DNA from: Paraspadella gotoi
Taxonomy: Eukaryota; Animalia; Chaetognatha
DNA: 64,000 nucleotides
Direction of reading: 5' to 3'
Assembly (NCBI GenBank): GCA_051294375.1
Contig: CM119266.1
Location: 20,037,657-20,101,656, forward strand
Shown: positions 16,525 to 28,500 of the stretch, piece after piece
Position numbering within the stretch: the first letter of the stretch is position 1
How the letters are laid out: each line of letters starts with the position of its first letter
Program-made: the position numbers and the translations under genes
Notes under the pieces: generated by a model
Told to the model about the DNA's origin: nothing
What the model saw: the letters and a program-made list of their open reading frames with translations, nothing else
Database searches by the model: none

Positions 16525-19500
16525 TTATGGAAACAGAACTTGTTCCGCCCTATCCACTATCATATGTATCTTCAGGACTTCACAGAAAATTGGTGTATGC
16601 TCGAGTTCCGAATCTAACCGGTACAAAAGAAACTTACTTTTGAATGTTCAATTGTTCCTCGAAATAAGCTAGCTGCGTATGCGTACCTTCTAACGGAATC
16701 GACTAGAACACTAAATAATTACAAAATAATAATAGATTTAACCATTAAATATTTAATAACAAATGTGAGAAAAAGAAATCATTAGGAAACAAAGGCAATA
16801 ACTTTGCTTCATAATTTTTTAGTTAATACATATTATGTAGAAGAAAGAAGTGGAGCTAGCATTTCTAATTACAGCGGAGCACTTGCGTTGAAATCAAATT
16901 CATTGGCTGCGTCACGCAATTCATTTACGTTGACCAAAAGTGAAGCTTTTTTAAAACACGAAGAAGCCGCCTACGGATATGAGGAAGTTTTCCAGAAATT
17001 AAATCGTCAAATAGCAACCGAATTATTTGACCAAAGTACCTTCGTCCCTCCGTCATCAGAATCGAAATCAGTTGCTGAAATCAACGCGGACAGTTCAGCC
17101 TCATAAAGAATCTCCCGAGTTTGGGGAGCGGGCGGTTCTAATTCGCGAGACCTGCAAACCAAGGTTCAAAAGTTAAATTTTCTAGATGCGTACAGCAAAC
17201 CCGGGCTTTCCCCCAAATGAAACCCAAACCTAAAATCTTACCCAAGTTAACCTTACCCGGTTATGACGTCTGAAGAACTTGGCGAGCCTAAGCTAGTCAC
17301 AACAGTAAAATCCGTGCTGTCCGTGAGAATATCGCGATCACGCTGTTTGTTGTCTGCACAATGCGTATGTTTGATTCAAAAATAAAACTTAAAATAAATA
17401 TCATCCATTGAGTGAACAATACTAACCATTAATGGTATCATTTTTTGCAGGTCCAGTTATATGGTTGATACGATCCCGAGATCTAGTAAAATAAGGCTTT
17501 AGTAATTTGTAATTTCTGATTATCATTCTTTCTGAATGTCACTGGTTCACAAAATCTTAATGGGTCAACATTCATCTTACCCTTCTAACCGTGGAGTGTT
17601 GTTATAAGATCGCGAAGAACCGTATATTTTTGAATAGTCAACCCTCCGGTGATCATGCTCTTCATACGCTGGACGACGACTGTATCGCTCGCGAGGGCTA
17701 GTACGTTGCCAATATTCTAGATAGCGAAGAGGGTGGAATGCTTCCGTCATACACTCCTGAATAAAAAAAGCAAACATTGGTCAACAATAACGAGAATATC
17801 CCGGTATGTACTCATTAAATTTTTTGTTATGTGATCGTTTTTCATAAGATCACTTGATGTGATCACGTGAGTTGCTTGACTTTGTCCCCTGAACACTTTT
17901 TCTTTTTTATTTTCCTTTTTTGTTCACGTTTATTGTTGACATAAGATATTTTTGCAACCATTCCCGCAATTATTTGTTTGCTCTGTTTTCTTTTCAGAAA
18001 AAAAAAGTATGATACGTATAGTATTGAAAGGTTTTTATCTTCTTAACAAATAAGCACAGATTTTTCTCTCTCGCTCTGTCTGTGAACATTTTATTTTCGG
18101 GGTTTTTAAGCTGTTCTTTTTGTATCGTGTCGATATTTTTCCTTCAGAAAAATATATTTTTTTTTTCTCTTTGCTTCAACCCTAATTTACGCAGTCCATC
18201 AAGAACCGCAGACTCCTTGGCCCTGTTGTTACATTGTCCGGTCATTCTTATTCCTGATATATTTTTAAGTATTGTCCAAAATTTCAAAACAAAACGATAA
18301 CATTTACCCTTTCAACCTTTTTATGAAATATTATGTATATCCCCATAATAAATACTATAGGACCCAGTATAGGGCATGCCAAAGTCATCCTAATACAGTA
18401 CCAGTTAACCATGGAGATATATTGAAATGTAAAATAATAATACAAATATTATTAAAATTAATAATTCTACTGACCACGCAGCAGTCATTGTACTGTCGAC
18501 AATATATGTCCCAGTTCTCCAATGGAGGCTCTTGAGAAAGCGGGGACAAAGACAGTGCCAAAAGATACTGACGATATTTCTCAACGGCCATTGTTGAGGG
18601 GATGTCCAAAAGAAGTTTGTCCATCGGCTGGGCCTTTAAAAAAATTAAAATGTTCATGGAAATGATTAAAGGCGATCGGCAAAATATCTTTCACTTACCT
18701 CCCCGTCAGGTTCATAATTTTTTTCATTCTCCGCGAAGGTGAGTCCCATCTTTAGCCAAGGGCCCAAAACCAGAGGCACTCTTTGCAAAGATTCTGGAGA
18801 CCCAATCCCCGAGAAGGTATCGTCTTCTGTGTCTATCTCTGCTTCGAGTTCTTCATAATGGCTGTCGCTTAGGGTGTGCGGAGGGGGATAACTTGTGACG
18901 AAATGGGGGTCTCCTGAGAACATTATATTTAATTTTCAGACACGGATTCTTAGAAAAAAGTAACAAGTACTCCCAAAAGATTTGCCTCGTGGATGGTTAG
19001 TTCTGGGCAACGCTACTCCGCGGGTCTTTCCAGTCACGTGCCACTTAACGCCAGACTCACGCAATGGAGCTTCTCGAGAAGGACGAACAGAAGGTCCCGT
19101 GTCGCCTGCTCCGCCTTTGGAGAAAAAGCTGCAAAGCTGAACTCATTTATAATATAACAAGTCTGAGCAAACAATGTCGGATCTGCCTACGATAATTAAG
19201 CGGTAATAAACTAATCCGATGATAAATCACGGTAATATTTTCTGACATTCAATTTGTGATCTTAACAGATCATAATAAATCGTAACATAACAAATCATAA
19301 CATACTTCTTAAAAAATATATGAAAAAAATTTTAAATCAATTGATCTATCAATAATTACCAGTAGCTGCGCCAATACCAACTTGCATAATTTAATCAATT
19401 TGCATAATTTGGTAATTTTGCATAATTTGGTAATTTTGCATAATTTGGTAATTTTGCATAATTTAATCAAGTGGCATTATTTTGTCAACTTGCATAATTT

Positions 19501-22500
19501 GATCAACTTGCATAATTTGGTCAATCAATCAATCAGTCAAAGAGAGATAGAGACAGGGAAACTTTTAAAATTCAAATGAATGTGTCTTTTGGTTTTCTAA
19601 TTTAAACTTTTTGAATCCTACGATTCCATCAAAAAATTATATCCAGCTTAACCACATACTTTCCTACCCACACACAAAATTTCATTTCAATTTATCTATC
19701 CAATTTTTAATCAATATAATAATTATGAGTAAAAATACTTCAATATATGAAATATGACTTATTTTTTTCAATTTAAACTCATTTCCACCCGCACGATTCC
19801 ATCAAAACTTTATATCCAGCTCATAATTAGATGTTCTGCCGTGATTTAAGTGAGTGCCCGATAAGATTTAGGGGGACCGACGGACTGACAAAGTGGATTA
19901 TAGAGTCGGAGTCTGCTTATAAGCAGATCCAACTAAAATTTTTTTTGTAAATAAAACAAATGAGTGTATAAATATGAAACATTTGAATCCAGAAGATCTT
20001 GCTGATTAGATGCTATATCTAAATTTTTAGCTTCCTTTGGTTACACACTTTTACAATTTGCGATAGTAAAGAAGCGTAACGACAATGACTGTCACAAAGA
20101 AGCAGAGGCGAACCAAAATCACGCCAAGACGGGCTTAAGCCCGTCTGGCGAGATAAAAATATGATTTTCGTGTTGAAAAATTTTTTTTCAAACATGTTAT
20201 GAACTTACGTATTTTAACTTATCTTTAACTTATTTTAACAAACCGTCAATGAATTTTCAATCATATGGTACAATAAATGATAACGGGTATTTCACTCGTT
20301 AAATTTTATTTAGTGTCAGTCGATACGTAACACGAGGTTTCTTACCGAAATCTTCGATTCCACAAATGTCTGTATCTCCAAAGAGAGATTCCTCATTAAA
20401 TCGCATGGAACGAATGGAAGATGTTTCTGATTTGCTTCGTTGGTAGTTGGCCTTCGTAAAGTGCGAGTAATCTGGTTTGCTGGGGATTAAGGGGAGCAAA
20501 AATTGTTATAAAACAAATGTAGTTAAAATTTCCAAAAAATAGGATCAGTTCAGGACCTAATAAACAAAATTTCATAAGCCACGAAAAATGAAAAATCAGT
20601 TTTGACAAGAACTTATTTATTATAAAAGGAGAAAGAAAAAGAAAGGAATCAGGATAAAGAAAGGAGGAATCAGGATAAAGAAAGGAGGAATCAGGATAAA
20701 GAAAGGAGGAATCAGGATAAAGAAAGGAGGAATCAGGATAAAGAAAGGAGGAATCAGGATAAAGAAAGGAGGAATCAGGATAAAGAAAGGAGGAATCAGG
20801 ATAAAGAAAGGAGGAATCAGGATAAAGAAAGAAATGATGTTTTCTATTAATGCGTTGACAGTAATTCAACAATCATCATTCATTCAAGCTTTATGAAACG
20901 AAATACCAATTTTTATCTTAATCCTTTATTAGCTTTCTAAATTAATGTTATTTAAAATTATTTTGGTTAAAAATAAATGGTTATTGAGAGCCATTGGTGA
21001 CAATAAGCTTGAGGTATATTTGTAGTCGGGCATTGCCTAAGTTAACCCCGCCTATAAGCCTGACACATTCAGTCGCGACCCGGTGGCTCGTTGAGTAAAG
21101 CCATCAGATCATGACCACTAGGTACCGGGTTCAATCCCAACCCGGTACCTATCCTGCGGGAAGCGTGAGGACGGCCGTAAACCGCCTTGGAGGCGTGGAA
21201 AACCCCCAAGCCAGGTTCCATGGCTGCTGTTATTTACAATAATCACTTATAATAATCATTATAATAATCAGTTGTATAAAAGAACTATTAAAAAGAAATA
21301 CGAGATAAGTGAAGATTTGGGTAGATGAACCTGGGTGGCTCGTCGTTCCTTTCGCTTTTATGGTCTTCCTTGTGTTGAGCAAGAGCTACGTACAACTTTT
21401 GACGTTGAAATTCGGTCCCGTTCATAGCAGTGATAGCGCGGTTGGCCGACTCAAGGCAATCAAAACTTACGAAACCGTAACCTAAAAACGTAACTATGAC
21501 ACGTTAGCAAAGGCCTTTTTGATACTAATTTTATTTATTTTTTTTATCCTATTTTTGAGAAAGGATTATACTTTCTTTTACCAACTTTTAATGGCGAATC
21601 AAAATCTGATAAAAGTTTAAATATTTGGAAAGATTAATACTTTGATTTTTATTTTAAAACTTTCACTTCACCCAAATTTATCCGGGCGCTGTTATTTTTT
21701 AAATTTGTAATGGAATCGAAATTCATAACATAAATCACAAAAACTTGTATTTTAATGAAAAATAATTTTAAAACTGTCATTTTAAACACTAGGAGGTAAA
21801 TGTAATAAAATCTAACATTTAACAAATTAAATTTTATTATGCTTTATTGCAGGTTCGAATTTCTTGTAAAAATTTGATATAGAAAACTTATTCTTTTTAA
21901 AAATTCGATCATTAAGTTGGTTAAATATAGGCTCCACGTACGATCGACGTCTTTTAGACAACGAAATCTGAACTTCATTAATTACCATCTTTCTTGATCT
22001 CATTAGTTAGTATGAAGCTTACTATTTAAAAAAACGGTAGTCTCAAGTTATCTCCTTCTTATCACTTAGAACTTCCCAGGTAAATTTCTATGAGTTAAAA
22101 ACACGGTAAGACATGGTTTCTTCAATGATTGTTTATCTAATCTCATTAACTTCGTAATTTTAGATATAAGTATGTTCGAATTTTTATGGTATAGATCATT
22201 TTTAAAGATCGAATTCCTCATAAGAATCTTCACGTCTTTTACTTACATAAAAGTTTTTAGGTAAGACGCCACATTATCTGATACAATTTTTTTTTCTTCA
22301 TACGCTTTCCCTGATTCTTTTTCTTCACTTCTTTTCTTCTCTTTCTTTATATTTTCCTCTTCCTCTTTCCTCCCTTACTTCTCAATCTGTCACTTACCAT
22401 TTTTTGGCCCCTACCTTTTTCTGCCATTCATGCACTTTCCTCACCTTTTTTTTCTCCTTCTCTCTTTCCCTTTCTTTTCCCCTCTTTTTCTTTCCAATTT

Positions 22501-25500
22501 TCCCCTCATTTCCTACCTTTTATTTGTCTCACTATTTTTTCCCCATTTGCCTATTTTGTTTTGCCTTTGGCCCCCTATTTCATTTTCTCCCCTTCTCCTT
22601 TTCTTGTTTTCTCTTTCCTCTTCCCTCTCACTACGTTTACATTGAGCCATATCAAAGAAAATCTTTAATATGCATTATAAGAAAGGATATTAACGGTAAC
22701 GGAGGTTTTTATTTCAATTTTGGTTGCCTAGCAAATTTAGTAAAATTTTGCGGAAAATCTTTCCGCAAAATCTGTCGATTTTCAGAAAAAACAAGTCCTG
22801 ACGCTTTCCATTGGGTTAAAAGGATGCGGTTTTTTTGTTTTATCAATGTCAGTAAGTACCCCATCTTTTAAAACTAATAAATGAGTTGAAAATATTTTCT
22901 TTATCATAAATAAATGCAAGTCACAAAAAGTCACAAATTAAAATTTGTCTTTAAAAATTATTTGTGGCTAAACGAAAAGAGTTTTTTTGATAATTTTGTA
23001 GGTGTTAAAAGCTTATTCTGTGGACTGTATTTTCTGTTAGTTTAAGCCAATTTAAACTATTTTTGTTTAATAAATTATAATAAAAACTAAAACTGCGACT
23101 TTTTGACTTGTCAACTTTAAAATTAATTCATAAGTGAACTATGAATGATATAAGGAAAATATTTTACTCAAGGGTGAAGAAGATAAGGAAGAAAGGAATT
23201 CCAAAATAAAAAAATTTTCTCAACTTTCCTTGGCATTCAAATTTGAAGACGAAAGTGAAAATGGACAAAAATGGACATGATTTTTTTTTCTAAAAGTTGC
23301 AAAAATGTTACTCTCTATATGATTAGAAATAGCTGGAGATGGTTTTAACCAATCCTATTTTGGCCTAATTTATATTATGGTGCAAATTATATTAATTTCC
23401 TTTCTTTTCGTTGTTTTGCAAATTAGAGAAAAACAAAGTTTATTTGTTTATGTACAACGATTTATTTTTACATAGGACATGTTTCGGCTTTAGTATAAGC
23501 CTTCATCAGCGTTTGATTAATCAGACAAATTTTTCTCTTAACATTGAGTCAGAGAGAGAGAGAGAGAGAGAGATGAGAGAGAGAGACAGAGAGAGAGAGT
23601 AAAGAGAGAGAGAGATAAAGCTTCCAACAAAGGTTGAGATAAGGACAGGAGGAGGGAGAGGAGTCTGTATCACCTGCAGCAAAGCAGGCCAGAACAGGCA
23701 TTTGCCCGCCTTGCCGTCAGGCGAGAGGAGGGACTTCGGCAGGCTTATCAGGCCAGAGGGATATCAGAGTGGCATTGGGCATTTTTCCAGGCGGCTCGTT
23801 ACCAGATCCTGGACAATCTCGATCCATGACGATACCCTCTCAGCCCATGACAAGTCAATGACCCGATCATATCATCAACGTCCTGCTTTTGCCAGGCCGG
23901 GGGGGGCCAGCTCATTTTGAGCTCTTTCTTTATCTTTATTTTCTCTAATTCTACAACTTAGCTATCCCTAACCACACATTCTTCTTTTCTCTTTCTCTTT
24001 ATTTCAATCTTAATTAACAAACTAGTTAAAATACTCTCAGTTAAATCTACTAGTTTAAGCATTAAGTATATTTATTTGTTGTTATTGAATTATTTATTCC
24101 TTTATCTTTGTTGTACATTACAAAAAATGTAAATATTTTCTCTCTCTCTGTCTCTTCAAATTTTCACTATTCACATTTCAACCACTTTCCTCTTCTTCTC
24201 TCTCCTTACCTTCACCTGTCCTCAATCTGACCACTGTCCTTATCTCAACCTTTGTTGGAAGCTTTATCTCTCTCTCTCTTTACTCTCTCTCTCTGTCTCT
24301 CTCTCTCTCTCTCTCTCAATCTCTCTCTCTCTCTCTCTCTGACTCAATGTTAAGAGAAAAATTTGTCTGATTAATCAAACGCTGATGAAGGCTTATACTA
24401 AAGCCGAAACATGTCCTATGTAAAAATAAATCGTTGTACATAAACAAATAAACTTTGTTTTTTCTATGGTGCAAATTAAATTAATTTTGTTAATAGTAAC
24501 TGAACAATACTGGAAAAAGTAGTTTTTTCTCTGAATGCGAGGATCGTATGCAGAGGCTATAGAAAGAAAAAATATTTTACTTGCGGCGACGACAACAACA
24601 ACGACAACAACCTTGACAATGAAACTGACATTTGACCAAGGTCAAGTTCCTGACCTTAAAACAACCTTACCTTTACTATTGTTTAGCGTTTTCCCTTATT
24701 TCTTACTTACCATTGTTTTGTCTTTTACCTTACCTCGTTTTTGAATGATTTCGATCATTACATGTCTTATCCTTAAACTGAAAACAACTCGATATTTTTC
24801 TCTACAAAAATCTACAAAGTCAGATCCCAAAGTGGTAAGCCCGACTTGCAACAAATTTTACGCAACCTTCTCACACTAATTTAAAAAAAAAGTACCTTCT
24901 ACTCTCGAAACGAATTCATTATGGAGGATTCATTCCCAGACAAAGCGTTGGACGCGGACACTCTTCTGCCCCGACCTCGCCCGGCGTTGGCGCCGCCCAG
25001 GCTCCCCCTGCCGCCGGCGCCGCCCCCGGTCGGGTCCAATGGGACCAATCGCTAGAACGCCACATGAGTCACCTTGTGGAGAGAGCAGAGAACCGTCTCA
25101 CTGGTCGCCTTGACGTTCTCTTGCAGGCGTCAATTGGCCCTATTGTCGACAGCATCCGGGAGATTAGAGAAGAGATCTCTCGCGCTAAACGCCGCCTTTC
25201 TACCGCCTCTAGCTCGGGCGCTGCGGAAGCTCCGCAGAGGCGCCGCAAACCCCTGAAGGCGTCTCCCTTCTCCGGACGGATTATTTGCCGCCTTCTGTCG
25301 CCCGTGGGACGCCAAGCTCTTCGCGGCCCAATCCTCGACGCCGCCACGCTTCAAACCCGACGCCTCGCCGAAGCGGAAGCACTTTGATGCCGCCGCCACC
25401 GCCGCCGGTGCCAAGCGCTGGTGCCACAGCTCCTATGGAGACAGAAACTGTTCATTTCGACCTGCCTCCTCCCACGGGCGCCGTTCCTTCAAGGCCTCGC

Positions 25501-28500
25501 ACCCCAAAGCTTCCTTCTTTTGATTCTTCAAATATTAAACTATGGTTGGCGGGAGTCGACGCCTCCTTTGGTGTTGCGGGTGTGGAGGATCCCCAAATGA
25601 GAGCAAATATTTTTATTATAATTTTTTTTTTAATTTTTGGCTCACAAAATGACTAAAATTTTAAAAAGTGTTATAAAAAGTTGATACAAGAAAGTATTAC
25701 GAATCCAAATCTGTCTTTTATTAAAAGGATATTTTTCAGGTTTTATATTTTTCAGGACAACCTACAACCTACTGTTTCATTTGAGAATGATACAATCAAT
25801 GAAAAAAGATATGCGATTAGTACTTTCAAACTTTCTACCACCTAACCTCTGGAAACTCCTTGATTCGTCGAAATTCTGACGCTGAGGATGCTGCTCCCAA
25901 ATGAGTCAAACGCCTTTCGGAGCTGCTTTTCATCCACATCTTCGCTAAGATTTCGGACGTAAATATCCACCGGATCTGCCTGAGGTCGAAGTTTTGTTTC
26001 ATTTTTTGTAATAGACATAACAAATTAAAGAGATTCAGCGAAATAAACCTAAGAATGAATTCAGAAAAAAATCGTGATTGCCATATAGTAAATCCAAAAT
26101 CGTCAATCCAAGATTGTCAATAAAACAATGCCCGACTACATTAATCCAATTAATGGTCAAACAATGACCATTAATTAGTGAACGTAAATTAATATTACAT
26201 ATTTCTGTATTCAATGATAATAATAATTAAGGGATGCGATAATATTCATTGTACTAATAATAAGAAATTATTGGGACGATCATAATCGTTTTAAGCAATG
26301 GTAACGATTTTCGTGAAGTCAAAAAGAGAATTAAAACAATACCTTACCTTATCTGTCAGGAGATTGCATTGAACTGAAGAATCGCGTGTTGAAGTCTTGA
26401 TTTTGGGAGAAACTGAGGGAGCCACCACAAATGAATCCGTTGGAGTAGGAATGGATTCCAACGTAGGAATTTGCCGCAGCAATATATTTTCTGCCATCTG
26501 AAATAAATTCAGTAAGTTTGAATAAACAAATTTTAAAAACGCAAAAGACCCCTCTTCGGTAATCTCATGTTCTCCGATAAATTGTCTGGTATTTGAAAGA
26601 TTTATTTAAAATTATCCTTTGCTTACGTTTATTGCATAATAATAATTCCAAAATTTTATTTTAAAAACTAAAGGGCAAGAAACCGGGAACGTCAAAATAG
26701 ATTTCGACTATAAAAAATAATTACCCCAGATATGAGAGGAGAACAAGAGGATATGATGAGCGTCTGACCCTTAGAATTTGTCAAATAACGCGAATGAAGA
26801 TTGCCCGGGTGACTCTGGTTAGTTCGGAGTTCCGTTTCAGGCATCGATACCTCTTTGAACTCCGATTGCTGGGGTTCCTATTAAAAAAAACTTTTATAAT
26901 TAGCACATCACAAAAAATATATTATGACGTGATACAAAACTATCTCTATGTATGTCCATGTCTAGACAATCCAGATAAAACTTTCCCTGAATTACCTCGA
27001 TGGGGTTTTTATCTGCCCCTCGACCTCGTTTACTGGAAAATTTCATTAACTGGTTGGAATAGCTGTTCAAGTCGGCGACAATCTTTCGCAGCACCGCGGA
27101 AATGAATTTCAACTTATCTAAAGGGTACTCTCCGGAAATATTGGCAGACTCTGATTTAGGAGAGTAAAAGGAGTGAGTGTAATTCTCCAACAAGTTAACA
27201 ATCGTTAATGGCAGCTACCCGTATCTAACCTATGTTATCAACAAATTCGCCAAAACGCTGACGAGCGCTATCCAAAACAACAAAACAATCATTGAGGTCT
27301 TCGTCCAAGCCTTTGCCAAACGAACATGTAAAAAACTCCTGAGGTTGGGACTTGTAACTTCGGAGACAATCTAACAATGCCTTGGAAATGTTTTCTGCGC
27401 AAAAGGACTTAAGTTTCAAGACATCGTTTAGCCAAGTCGGTCCCATGGAGGAATCAGTTTCGATTGGAACTGTTATCAACTCTTCCTCAATATGGTTCTT
27501 GGTGAATTCCTTAATAAGTAAATGGAAGACACGCGGCGACTCGTGGACAATAATAATATCCAGTCACGCTATTTATTCGATTCACAACAAATTAACTCTA
27601 TCAAATTCTCACCTTGACAGAAAGACGTGACGGTGAAGAAGGACCTTTTATGCCGTTAACATTCGATTCCGAATTAGCTTTCTCAGGCACGCAATTGAAC
27701 TGTTGCACAGACGGGGTTGCCAAAGCATTACTTGGTTCATTGAAAACCGATTCGACCTCCACGCTGAAATAAGAAAAAATAACGATTTCAGAACGAAGGA
27801 GACCACAGAAAATCGCTAGCGGAAGTACTCTCAAATTCATGAAAATCTTTTATTGATGCTATAAAAGTGAATTATTAATGTGATTATAACGAATTGATAA
27901 CGATGTGATAATATAAGTATTGCTATAATAACAAATCATGAACGACGTCACTCAGAAGAAGAACTGAGACACAGGGGCGGCGAGAGAAAAGGCGGGTCCC
28001 CCCACTGCCCCCCCCGCTTTCCATAATTTTAGTTTTTAGTTTTCGATTATCGACTTTCTGCCTTGAAAATTGCTCCAGTGCTCAAACTTCTGCCTCCAGG
28101 ACTTGTAACCTGGCATTGGTGTTTTACGGAAACTTTTTTTTTAATCACAATCATTGTGCCTCTCCTCTAGTCTGAGCGAGGGGTATAAATTTGTTAAACC
28201 TTCTGACTAGATGAGATTTTGCGCTTATTTTTAACCATGAACAGCAATACAGATATGGTTATATATCACAATCATTGTGCCTTTTTTCTAGAGTGAACGA
28301 GGGGTCTGAATTAGTCAAACCTTCCGAATAAAAAAAATATGGCTCTAATTTTTAACCATTACAGGCTGTACAGTAAAAATATTTAGGAAAACAAAGAAAT
28401 TGGCAAGTACCAAGTTGAGTTGCCTTTTTTCCAATCTGAACGGGAGGACTGAATTAGCCCTTCTGATTAGAAAAAATCCAGCTCTCATAAAAAATTTTAA

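Noticed and set aside
20641-20830. 21-bp repeat array as CRISPR, or the FLYPDSS-repeat ORF as a protein
   Set aside because: Units are contiguous with no unique spacers, the context is a eukaryotic intron, and the ORF is a by-product of a stop-free unit length divisible by 3.
22300-22645. Phe/Ser/Leu-rich ORFs as membrane proteins
   Set aside because: They arise from a polypyrimidine low-complexity intronic tract.
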